This document shows, in pieces, positions 1 to 8,880 of a stretch of DNA of 64,000 nt. The notes below the pieces were generated by a model, which did no database searches, was not told the origin of the DNA, and was given only the letters and a program-made list of their open reading frames with translations. Each line of letters opens with the position of its first letter. The first letter of the stretch is position 1. Origin of the DNA: an uncultured Bacteroidales bacterium (lineage in GTDB: Bacteria > Bacteroidota > Bacteroidia > Bacteroidales > VadinHA17); the NCBI GenBank assembly GCA_963732435.1, contig CAVSZL010000006.1, positions 402,579-466,578 of the forward strand, given 5' to 3'. The translations under genes were made by a program, and so were the position numbers.

Positions 1-12
1 ACTTCTGTAACA

Positions 13-414
13 ATGAGACTTGTGAAAAGCGAAGATCTCAATCATCACGGAACCCTGTTTGCAGGAAGAACTGCTGAATGGTTTGTTGAATCAGGCTTTA
101 TTGCCGCAACCTCTCTTTTAAACCCTCAGAATGTTGTCTGTCTTAATATTCATGGCATGCTCTTCACAAAACCTGCAAAATCAGGCGATGTTCTGAAATT
201 CTCATCAAAAATTGTCTATACCGGAAAAACAAGTCTTACAGTCTACGTTCAGGTTAATAAAAAGGAAACTGACAAACCACTTGTGGATGGATTTGTAACT
301 TTTATCCACGTCGATGAACAAACCAGACCCGCACCACATTTAATTGTGATAGAGCCTCATACTGAGGAAGACAGAATGCTTTATAATACTGCAGAAAATC
401 TGCGGGAAAGATGA
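13..414 (+). CDS. Acyl-CoA thioesterase (hotdog fold, YciA-like); the frame is open back to nt 1, so the true start may lie upstream of the window
   Basis: ORF track. 'EDLNHHGTLFAGR' matches the hotdog-fold acyl-CoA thioester hydrolase core. No in-frame stop between nt 1 and 13. Confidence 0.6.
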   Translation: MRLVKSEDLNHHGTLFAGRTAEWFVESGFIAATSLLNPQNVVCLNIHGMLFTKPAKSGDVLKFSSKIVYTGKTSLTVYVQVNKKETDKPLVDGFVTFIHVDEQTRPAPHLIVIEPHTEEDRMLYNTAENLRER

Positions 415-437
415 CTTAACAAATTTAACTGTAAAAC

Positions 438-1199
438 ATGTTCAGAAATGCAATTGTCCTGGAACCCGCATTCTCGCTGAAAGACGGATTAACCTCATCC
501 AACCTTGGAAAACCTGATTATTATCTTGCTTCTGAACAGCACTCGATATATACAAAAACACTCATAAACATAGGGTTGAAAGTAAAAGTGCTTCCGAAAA
601 ATGAGCTTTTCCCCGATTCTGCATTCATTGAGGATATCGCCCTGTGTACACGATCATGTGCTGTAATTACCCGACCAGGTGCAACTACCAGAAGAGGGGA
701 AACCACAGGTATCAGAGAAGTACTACGGGAGTATTACACAATAATTGAGGAGATTATTTATCCCGGCACCCTTGAAGCCGGAGATGTGATGATGGCGGGA
801 GACAAGTTTTTCATAGGTATTTCAGCCCGTACAAATGAATCCGGGGCAGAACAATTAACAGGAATTCTTGCGAAATATGGAATGAAAGCTATAAAAGTAC
901 CACTTAAAAAACTACTCCATCTTAAATCGGGAATCTCCTACCTCGAGAACAATACAATTCTTGTTTGCAGGGAACTCAAAAACATGAGTGAATTTGCAGA
1001 ATACAACAAAATTGTTGTTGATGATGATGAATTATATGCAGCCAATTCATTATGGATAAACGGGAAAGTACTAATACCTAATGGATTTCCTAAAACCAGG
1101 CGAAAGATAGAATTGGCAGGTTATGAAACTATTCTTATAGATGTCTCGGAGTTTCGCAAAATAGACGGAGGTTTAAGTTGCCTGTCGCTACGTTTCTGA
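438..1199 (+). CDS. Dimethylarginine dimethylaminohydrolase / amidinotransferase-superfamily enzyme
   Basis: 253 aa. The C-terminal 'IDGGLSCLSLRF' resembles the catalytic-Cys motif of the DDAH/arginine deiminase fold. Confidence 0.55.
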   Translation: MFRNAIVLEPAFSLKDGLTSSNLGKPDYYLASEQHSIYTKTLINIGLKVKVLPKNELFPDSAFIEDIALCTRSCAVITRPGATTRRGETTGIREVLREYYTIIEEIIYPGTLEAGDVMMAGDKFFIGISARTNESGAEQLTGILAKYGMKAIKVPLKKLLHLKSGISYLENNTILVCRELKNMSEFAEYNKIVVDDDELYAANSLWINGKVLIPNGFPKTRRKIELAGYETILIDVSEFRKIDGGLSCLSLRF

Positions 1200-1243
1200 A
1201 AAACCTTCAAAACTTTATTTGCATTTGAATCAGATGCAAAAGA

Positions 1244-1864
1244 TTATCGGGATTTCTTACCGTTTTTGCGTGCCTTCCAAACAAGATAAACAATAAACAG
1301 CGCACCTAATCCGAGGAGAATATGACCTATATATGGGAAGATCTGTTCTCTCATCTCATACAAATAATAACCTATAATTGCCAGGATAACATTCCAGATA
1401 CCTGCTCCTACAAAAGTATAGAGGATGAAATCGCGAAGATTCATTCTTGCTAATCCTGCAGGTATAGATATAAGGTGCCTGACTCCGGGAACAAGCCGCC
1501 CTATAAAAGTTGATGTCTTCCCGTTCCTGATAAAGTACTCCTCAGCATGAACTACTTTATCTTTTGATAACAGAAACATCCTTCCGATTTTTGAGTCTGC
1601 AAATTTATATACTATAGGTCGTCCGAGATAATAGGCAAGTGCATAGTTGATCAGTGAACCACATAAAGCTCCGACTGTTCCAAAAAATATTACAAGAAAA
1701 ACATTAAGTTCACCCTGCCCTGCCTTGTATGCCGCAAATGGGACAACAATTTCTGATGGTAATGGTAAAAAAGTACTTTCAATAGCCATTAGCAGGGCAA
1801 CTGTAAAATAATTAAGATTGGCCATATACCAATCGAAAAGTGACTGAAAAAACTCCATAATCAA
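1244..1864 (-). CDS. DedA-family inner membrane protein
   Basis: Multi-pass membrane protein of 206 aa with the DedA signature 'GRLVPGVRHLISIPAG'. Confidence 0.75.
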   Translation of the reverse strand: MIMEFFQSLFDWYMANLNYFTVALLMAIESTFLPLPSEIVVPFAAYKAGQGELNVFLVIFFGTVGALCGSLINYALAYYLGRPIVYKFADSKIGRMFLLSKDKVVHAEEYFIRNGKTSTFIGRLVPGVRHLISIPAGLARMNLRDFILYTFVGAGIWNVILAIIGYYLYEMREQIFPYIGHILLGLGALFIVYLVWKARKNGKKSR

Positions 1865-2061
1865 TAGTTAAAATAAGGGGGTAAAGATAACCAGAATTTT
1901 CAATTCCAAATTATCCTCTCCTTTTTCCTCCCTGATTATATTGTTAATCAATAGAATGGCCAAACTAATATTTTCATTAAAAATTTATTATATGAGTATC
2001 GGTAATCAATAATAAACATGTTATATCGTCAGGCATCTTTTACACTTAACCCTTCCCCCAA

Positions 2062-2092
2062 CCCCTTCCCTTTTAAACAGTAAGGGAAGGGG
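2062..2092. repeat. Perfect 11-bp-stem GC-rich hairpin (CCCCTTCCCTT / AAGGGAAGGGG)
   Basis: Read directly from the sequence. It lies in a divergent intergenic region, so it cannot terminate either flanking gene. Confidence 0.8.
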
Positions 2093-2120
2093 CGAAACAT
2101 TACGGAAATAGCGGATTTGT

Positions 2121-2256
2121 GGGGGTGTTGTAAAAGTCCTCTGTGGAACTTTGTGCTCCCGATAGCTATCGGGACTCTGTGTCCTCTGTGTAAGTTCTTA
2201 ACTTATTGTTACACAGAGAACGATAAGGTCGAAACTTTGACTTTTTAGACACCCCC
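2121..2256. repeat. 136-bp palindromic, MITE-like or structured-RNA element with 18-nt imperfect terminal inverted repeats and two internal perfect hairpins
   Basis: GGGGGTGTTGTAAAAGTC (2121-2138) matches the reverse complement of 2239-2256 at 15 of 18 positions. Internal 18-nt palindrome TCCCGATAGCTATCGGGA (2157-2174). Hairpin CTCTGTGTAA...TTACACAGAG (2184-2218). CTCTGTG occurs three times. Confidence 0.7.
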
Positions 2257-2381
2257 TCAGGGTGGGATTTAGAATACAAATAAAAGAGTATTATTAACTT
2301 TATTATTCATTCCAGATAGTTATAATTTATTAAATTGCAGATATAAAGTCTTAGAGTTGAATTAATAATAATTCTTACGGA

Positions 2382-4154
2382 ATGGATATTAAAAGAACTT
2401 TTGACCTGCTTGATAAGTATGCCGGAAATCCGGTCAAGGACGATGCTTTATGCTTTAAACATAAAGGAACCTGGATAAAATACAGCTCAAAGGAGTATAT
2501 CGAAAATGCTTTTAATGCTGCTTATGGTCTCTACGAACTTGGACTGAGAAAAGGGGATATGATTATTACGGTATCTACCAATCGCCCTGAATGGAATTTT
2601 GTTGATATGGGCATGTCAATGATCGGAATCGTTCATGTACCGGTTTTTACTTCCCTGAACACAAATGAATATGAGTATATCATTCATAACTCAGGCGCAA
2701 AACTGATCTTCATTTCGGATTCTAAAATATATAATTGTATTTCTCCTGCTATTAAAATTACCAATTCGCTTAATATTGTTTACACTTTTGACGAGGTTTC
2801 CGGAGTCCAAAACTGGATGGAAATAATTGATAAAGGAAGGACTTGTTCTGAAAAAACCAGGAAGGATGTTGAGAAATTGAAATCGACGATAGACCCTGAA
2901 ACTTTTGCATCATTAATTTACACTTCAGGAACAACCGGTTTACCTAAAGGTGTGATGCTGTCTCATAAGAACCTGGTAAGTAATTTTATTTCAGCTGCCT
3001 CGGTTTTCAACTTAAAGCCAACTGACAAGTATCTTAGTATACTGCCTTTGTGCCATGTTGGTGGCCGGATGGGGAATTACCAGACTCAATACAGCGGAGC
3101 AAGTATTTACTATGCAGAGAGTATGAGTACAATTGCTTCAAATATGCAGGAGATAAAACCTGATGGTTTTGATGCAGTACCACGTGTCCTTGAAAAATTC
3201 TATGATGTCATTATATCTAAAGGTAAGAAACTTACCGGGGTAAAAAAGATATTATTCTTCTGGGCAGTAAATCTGGGATTGAGATTCAAACCATTCGGTG
3301 AGAATGGATTTATTAATGAGAAAAAACTTAAGATTGCCGATAAACTTATCTTCAGTAAATGGAGAACAGCACTGGGCGGGAATGTCAGAATAGTCGGATG
3401 CGGTGGAGCCAGTCTGCAGCCCCGGCTTGAAAAGGTCTTCTGGGCTGCAGGTATTAAAATAATAAACATGTACGGACTAACCGAGACTTCACCAATAATT
3501 ACTATAAACAGGACGTATAAAGGCGGAGTAAAACTTGGATCAGTGGGATTACCAATTGAAGGCGTTGAGGTTAAAATTGCTGAAGATGGAGAGATCCTTT
3601 GCAAAGGGCCAAATGTTATGACAGGATACTTTAAAGATCCTGATCTGACCAGATCAGTATTTAACGAAGAAGGATTTTTCATGACTGGCGATATCGGGTC
3701 GATCGATGAAAACAGGTTTCTTATGGTTACAGACAGGAAAAAAGAGATATTCAAGCTTTCGAATGGCAAATTCATTGCACCTCAGCTCATTGAAAATGTA
3801 TTTAAAGAATCAGCCGGAATTGATCAGATTATGGTAGTAGGTGAACATGAAAAATTCGTCAGTGCACTTATTTCGCCTAACTTAAAATACTTTGATGAGT
3901 TGAGATCGGCCAACAAAATATCTTTTTCTGATTCTGAAGAACTAACAGGACTTCCGGAAATTAAGTCTTATTTCAGCTCAGAGGTAAATAAAATAAACAA
4001 AAAGCTTAATCCCTCCGAAAGGATCAGCCGGTTTCAGCTGGTACCTGATGAGTGGAGTCCTGCCACAGGAGAGTTATCCCCAACCCTGAAACTAAGACGC
4101 CAGTTCATAGCTGATAAATACAGGAAACTTCTCGACCAGATCTATTTGAAATAA
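2382..4154 (+). CDS. fadD: Long-chain-fatty-acid--CoA ligase (AMP-forming acyl-CoA synthetase)
   Basis: AMP-binding motifs 'YTSGTTGLPKGVMLSH' and 'TGDIG...DRKKEIFKLSNGKFIAPQ'; 590 aa. Confidence 0.85.
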   Translation: MDIKRTFDLLDKYAGNPVKDDALCFKHKGTWIKYSSKEYIENAFNAAYGLYELGLRKGDMIITVSTNRPEWNFVDMGMSMIGIVHVPVFTSLNTNEYEYIIHNSGAKLIFISDSKIYNCISPAIKITNSLNIVYTFDEVSGVQNWMEIIDKGRTCSEKTRKDVEKLKSTIDPETFASLIYTSGTTGLPKGVMLSHKNLVSNFISAASVFNLKPTDKYLSILPLCHVGGRMGNYQTQYSGASIYYAESMSTIASNMQEIKPDGFDAVPRVLEKFYDVIISKGKKLTGVKKILFFWAVNLGLRFKPFGENGFINEKKLKIADKLIFSKWRTALGGNVRIVGCGGASLQPRLEKVFWAAGIKIINMYGLTETSPIITINRTYKGGVKLGSVGLPIEGVEVKIAEDGEILCKGPNVMTGYFKDPDLTRSVFNEEGFFMTGDIGSIDENRFLMVTDRKKEIFKLSNGKFIAPQLIENVFKESAGIDQIMVVGEHEKFVSALISPNLKYFDELRSANKISFSDSEELTGLPEIKSYFSSEVNKINKKLNPSERISRFQLVPDEWSPATGELSPTLKLRRQFIADKYRKLLDQIYLK

Positions 4155-4186
4155 TCCTGTTAGAGTCTCAATTTTAAACTTCAGCC

Positions 4187-5356
4187 ATGAAAATTATCAG
4201 GGTTAATGACAGAAAAACACAGAAAAAATTTCTTGATACTGCAAGAATTGTTTACAAAGATGATGATGTATGGGTATGTCCTTTTGATAATGAAATCAAC
4301 GCAATATTCGACCCTTCAAAAAATCCATACTATAAACATGGTGAAGCTGAACGATGGATACTGGAAGATGGTAAAAATAACCTGATCGGAAGAATAGCTG
4401 CTTTAATTGACAGAAACCTTTCACATTCATACGAACAGCCTACTGGAGGCATCGGATTCTTTGAGTGTATTAATGATAAAGCTGCTGCATATCTTCTCTT
4501 TGATACTGCCAGAGAGTGGCTGACATCAAGAGGGATGGAGGCTATGGACGGGCCAATTAATTTCGGAGAGACAGATAAATACTGGGGCTTGCTGGTTGGT
4601 GGTTTTACACATCCGTCATTTGAGGTTCCATATAATCCGCCTTATTATAAGGACCTCTTCGAATCGTACGGGTTTAAGACTTACTATAAAATGGAAGGAT
4701 TTCATCTTGATATAACAAAACCGCTCTCAGAGAGATTCCGGAAAATAGCAGAGTGGGTTGCCAGGAAGCCAGGATATGAATTCCGGCATTTCAGTTGGGA
4801 AGATCAGGAAAAGTTCACCACCGATTTTGCTGCAGTGTTTAACGAGGCATGGGTCTCTTTTAAGGTCCATTTTGAACCGCTGAAAGCTGAATATATAAAC
4901 ACTGTACTTAAAAAAGCTAAAGCAATAATTGATGAAGAGTTTATATGGATAGCTTATTTTGAAGGGAAACCGATTGCAATTTACCTTATGTTTCCTGATC
5001 TCAATCAAATACTTAAAAAGTTGAATGGTAAGCTGAACATATTCAGTATGATTAAGTTCCTATATCTGAAAAAACAGAATACCATGACCAGAGCCAAAGG
5101 GTTATTAATGGGTGTTATTCCAAAATATCAGGGAATGGGAATAGAATCAGCTTTTATTTTAAACATACAGGAAGTATTAAAAAAGAAACCTCACTATCAG
5201 GAGATTGAATTCTCCTGGGTGGCTGACTTTAATCCAAGAATGAGAAAAATATTTATATCGGTCGGTAGTGTACCCGTAAAAAACTATATAACTTACAGGT
5301 ATCTTTTTGACAGGACAAAGAAGTTTAAAAGATACCCAATTCCGGAAATTAAATAA
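4187..5356 (+). CDS. Conserved Bacteroidota GNAT-like (acyl-CoA N-acyltransferase fold) protein of unknown function; paralog of 50068..51291
   Basis: 389 aa. Shares long blocks with the second copy (RHGEAxRWIL, QPTGGxGFFE, RGMEAxDGPINFGE, FPDLNQIL, ITYRYL). The fold assignment is from recollection of how this family is annotated, not from a search. Confidence 0.5.
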   Translation: MKIIRVNDRKTQKKFLDTARIVYKDDDVWVCPFDNEINAIFDPSKNPYYKHGEAERWILEDGKNNLIGRIAALIDRNLSHSYEQPTGGIGFFECINDKAAAYLLFDTAREWLTSRGMEAMDGPINFGETDKYWGLLVGGFTHPSFEVPYNPPYYKDLFESYGFKTYYKMEGFHLDITKPLSERFRKIAEWVARKPGYEFRHFSWEDQEKFTTDFAAVFNEAWVSFKVHFEPLKAEYINTVLKKAKAIIDEEFIWIAYFEGKPIAIYLMFPDLNQILKKLNGKLNIFSMIKFLYLKKQNTMTRAKGLLMGVIPKYQGMGIESAFILNIQEVLKKKPHYQEIEFSWVADFNPRMRKIFISVGSVPVKNYITYRYLFDRTKKFKRYPIPEIK

Positions 5357-5370
5357 TTCTAACTTAAAGA

Positions 5371-6813
5371 ATGAAATATGACATTATTATAATAGGTGCC
5401 GGACTTGGAGGACTTACTGCGGGTGCCAAACTGGCTAAAGAGGGTAAAAAAGTATTACTCATCGAACAGCACAGTAAACCCGGAGGATGCGCAACAACTT
5501 TTAAACGTGGCCGCTTCACACTTGAAGTCGGATTGCACGAGATGGACGGACCTTCTCCGCGTGACATGAAGACAAGGATATTCAACGAACTTGATGTCAC
5601 AGGAAAAATAGAATTTATCAAAGTCCCCGAATTTTACCGGTTTTACAATGACCGTTACGATTTTATAATCTCTCACGATCCGGTTGAAACTAAAAGAAAA
5701 CTCAAAGATGTTTTCCCGGCAGAGACAGAAGGTATAGATGCTTTCTTCAACCAGATTCTCTATCCGAAAAGAAAACCTGCTGAAAATGAAATAATCAGGG
5801 ATTACAGTGTTGGCGAATTTTTAGATAGCATTATTAACAATGAAGACCTAAAACTTATCCTTCTCGGGAACCTTGGGTATTTTCATGATGATCCCTATAC
5901 CCTCTCATTGGGTTACTATTCTGTTGCACAGGGAAGTTACTTTAACAGCGGTGCCAGCTTTATCAAAGGTGGTTCACAAAAACTGTCTGATCATCTGGCT
6001 GATTTTATAACTCAACACGGAGGAAAAGTCTTACTTAACCATCTTGTTACCTCATTACTTTCAGATAAAAACAAACTTACCGGAGTTGAATTTAAAAACC
6101 TGAAAGATCAGTCAGAAAAACCGGAAACTGCTTTTGCAGATGAGATAGTCGCTAATAATGCCATGCTGAATATAGTTAAATTATTACCGGCAGAAATGGG
6201 AGAAAAGCTGAATAAGGAAATCGGAAACCAGAAACCGGGAGCCTCTCTGCTTACCATTTACTTTGGATTCAGGAGCTTACTAAATAAAACAGGTTATAAC
6301 AACTATTCTACATTTGTATTTGACAGCTCTGTAAAAACGCAGAAAGATATCCTTAAAAACAATAGGGGAGATTTTCTGAACAGGAGTTTCACCTTTATTG
6401 ACTATGGTCAGATCGATTCAGGATTGGCTCCCGAAGGCAAAAGTGTTGGTGCACTTTGTTGTATAGATTATCCGGATGACTGGAAAGATCTCAATAAAGT
6501 TCAATACAAAGCTAAAAAGGAAGAGGTAGCTCAAGTTTTTATGAAGAGACTGGAAAAGTTGATTCCGGGAATATCAGAGCAGATAGAATATTATGAAGTC
6601 GGAACTTCACTTACAATTAACAGGTATACCCTTAATCCGGAAGGTGCTGTTTACGGGTTTGCCCAGATACCCGGGAAAAAGGTCATAAATACTTCAGATA
6701 TTATAGAGAATCTCCATTTTGCTTCTGCCTGGGGAAAAACAGGCGGAGGATTTTCCGGGGCTATATATAGTGGATTCCTCTGCGCTTATAATATCCTCCG
6801 AAAAAAAAGATAA
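5371..6813 (+). CDS. FAD/NAD(P)-dependent oxidoreductase of the phytoene desaturase (CrtI) family
   Basis: N-terminal Rossmann motif 'DIIIIGAGLGGLTAGAKLAKEGKKVLLIEQHSKPGG'; 480 aa, typical of COG1233-type enzymes. Confidence 0.7.
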   Translation: MKYDIIIIGAGLGGLTAGAKLAKEGKKVLLIEQHSKPGGCATTFKRGRFTLEVGLHEMDGPSPRDMKTRIFNELDVTGKIEFIKVPEFYRFYNDRYDFIISHDPVETKRKLKDVFPAETEGIDAFFNQILYPKRKPAENEIIRDYSVGEFLDSIINNEDLKLILLGNLGYFHDDPYTLSLGYYSVAQGSYFNSGASFIKGGSQKLSDHLADFITQHGGKVLLNHLVTSLLSDKNKLTGVEFKNLKDQSEKPETAFADEIVANNAMLNIVKLLPAEMGEKLNKEIGNQKPGASLLTIYFGFRSLLNKTGYNNYSTFVFDSSVKTQKDILKNNRGDFLNRSFTFIDYGQIDSGLAPEGKSVGALCCIDYPDDWKDLNKVQYKAKKEEVAQVFMKRLEKLIPGISEQIEYYEVGTSLTINRYTLNPEGAVYGFAQIPGKKVINTSDIIENLHFASAWGKTGGGFSGAIYSGFLCAYNILRKKR

Positions 6814-6855
6814 TAAAATAATCTGTTTCTTTTTTATATTGTGACGGGTGATCTG

Positions 6856-8817
6856 CTATGAGTTGGTGGGTATAATTCTTTTTTGAATAGTTTGTTTAAT
6901 GATTATTGGGACCTTTTCTACCAGAGTATTTGAAATATCGAGTTGCAAAGCATTCACATCCGGAATACTTATAAACCTGGTCAGTCGCTGAAGTGCCAGA
7001 ATAAAATTCTCGGTATTGGTAAGTTCGAAATCGCGCAGCATTATTCTCTCAATAAGAATAAATCTGAAGTCCCCCGGAAAACCATGTTTCCTTAGAGAAT
7101 CATAACTACTCTCCAACTTTAATTCACCTGCTTTTGCCATATCGTCCAATACTTCCCTGAAGTAGCGATTAATTTTCGTATCAACCTTAAATCCCAGGTG
7201 AAAGTCAACACGGATAAGTACACCCGGAATTATCTGATTGATCTCATACTCAAAGCGATTGGGTTCATCAACCCGGTTGATATGAAGGAACCAGTATGTT
7301 TCAGCTCGTTTTGGTTGTTTGGTGAATATTGAATGGATTACTTTTGATTCAACCTGATCCTGACGGTTTGCTTTGATTAAATAAACCAGGTTAGTTGCAT
7401 ATTTAGAAACAGTCTTATCGTTCCTTAAGTCTTTAAATAATTCAATATAATCGTTAAGGTTGGAAAATGTAATATGTCTGTTTTTTATTTTTCTTCCGAA
7501 ATACCATCCGAACATAATGAGAAAATAAAGAGATGCAAGCATAATTGTAAACCAACCACCATGTTTGAATTTATCAAGGTTGGCTAACAGGAAACTAGCT
7601 TCAATGCAGAGAAAAACAAATAAAAACAAAATGATCAACCGGTAGTCCGTTCCAGCTTTATTAAGGTAGTATGACAATAATATTGTTGTCATTATCATTG
7701 TCATGGTTATAGCCAGGCCATAGGCAGCCTCCATTCCTGAGGATTCCTTAAAAAACAGCACCACCAGGCTGCACATTATCCATAAAGACCAGTTTACAAA
7801 AGGGAGATATACCTGTCCTTTTACAAAAGTGGGATAAAGTATTTTTACTTTTGGCCACAGATTGAGAGAAACAGCTTCACTCACAAGAGTAAATGATCCT
7901 GTAATAAGGGCCTGGCTGGCAATAATAGAGGCAGCTGTTGAAATTGCAATTCCTGCCAGAAGGAACCATCCCGGCATTAATGAAAAGAAAGGATTTACTT
8001 CTGCACCTGGTGTATAATTCATCATAAGCCAGGCACCCTGTCCAAAATAGTTGAGAAGGAGTGTAGTTTTAACAAAGATCCATGAGATCCGGATATTAGA
8101 TCTGCCGCAATGTCCAAGGTCAGAATAAAGAGCCTCGGCTCCGGTTGTACAAAGAAAGACAGCGCCCAGTAAGAGAAATCCTCCGGGGTATTCTGTAAGA
8201 AAACGAACTGCCAGCACTGGATTAAGAGCTCTTAGAATTTCGGGATGTTGAATTATCTGTAAAAAACCAAGCATCCCTATCATCATGAACCAGATAACCA
8301 TTATTGGGCCAAATGCCGCTCCAACAATTTTTGTTCCGAATTGCTGAATGAAAAAAAGAGCAGCAAAAATAAGCAGTACTATAGGTATAACAGGAATATC
8401 AGGATTGATAAGCCTTAATCCCTCAATTGAAGATGTAACAGTAATGGCAGGGGTTATTACCCCATCTGCAAGAAGGGTCGCTCCACCAATCATGGTCAGA
8501 ATGGCTACCCATATAGACTTCCTTCTGATGAGGGCGAAAAGGGCAAAAATGCCTCCTTCACCTTTATTATCAGCACGTAGTGTAATAAGAATATATTTTA
8601 TTGTTGTCTGAAGGGTCAGGGTCCAGAAGACACAAGAGAGTGATCCGTAGATCAAAAGTTCACCGAAACTCCCGGTGCTGCTGTTTACAATTGCCTTTAC
8701 AGTATAAAGCGGACTGGTACCGATGTCACCAAAAACAATTCCAAGTGTTACCAGAAGACCTGTAAAAGTGACTTTTTTTATTTCCAGATGATTATCAGTT
8801 CCCTTCATTTCAACCAT
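6856..8817 (-). CDS. kup: KUP/HAK/KT-family potassium transporter (copy 1)
   Basis: 653 aa, about 12 TM. Motifs 'GDIGTSPLY', 'ADNKGEGGIFALFALI', 'GAEALYSDLGHCG'. Confidence 0.9.
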   Translation of the reverse strand: MVEMKGTDNHLEIKKVTFTGLLVTLGIVFGDIGTSPLYTVKAIVNSSTGSFGELLIYGSLSCVFWTLTLQTTIKYILITLRADNKGEGGIFALFALIRRKSIWVAILTMIGGATLLADGVITPAITVTSSIEGLRLINPDIPVIPIVLLIFAALFFIQQFGTKIVGAAFGPIMVIWFMMIGMLGFLQIIQHPEILRALNPVLAVRFLTEYPGGFLLLGAVFLCTTGAEALYSDLGHCGRSNIRISWIFVKTTLLLNYFGQGAWLMMNYTPGAEVNPFFSLMPGWFLLAGIAISTAASIIASQALITGSFTLVSEAVSLNLWPKVKILYPTFVKGQVYLPFVNWSLWIMCSLVVLFFKESSGMEAAYGLAITMTMIMTTILLSYYLNKAGTDYRLIILFLFVFLCIEASFLLANLDKFKHGGWFTIMLASLYFLIMFGWYFGRKIKNRHITFSNLNDYIELFKDLRNDKTVSKYATNLVYLIKANRQDQVESKVIHSIFTKQPKRAETYWFLHINRVDEPNRFEYEINQIIPGVLIRVDFHLGFKVDTKINRYFREVLDDMAKAGELKLESSYDSLRKHGFPGDFRFILIERIMLRDFELTNTENFILALQRLTRFISIPDVNALQLDISNTLVEKVPIIIKQTIQKRIIPTNS

Positions 8818-8880
8818 ATAAGACGCATAATTATCACTTTCCGGGAGTTAAATCCTGAGTGACCAATCATTCGGAAAAAA

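Noticed and set aside
1218-1240. 7-bp AT-rich hairpin (TTTGCAT...ATGCAAA) between the convergent DDAH-like and DedA genes, considered as a terminator.
   Set aside because: The stem is short and AT-rich with a 9-nt loop, too weak to call confidently. It may still contribute to termination.
3200-3775. 191-aa ORF antisense to fadD. Similar long antisense ORFs occur at 18369..19276 (inside the sigma-54 activator), 33431..34039 (inside cydB), 40903..42920 (a series inside ftsH) and 47228..48639 (inside lon).
   Set aside because: Each lies entirely within a well-supported conserved gene on the opposite strand. They have low-complexity, Ser/Pro/Leu-rich composition and no recognisable motifs. These are typical shadow ORFs.
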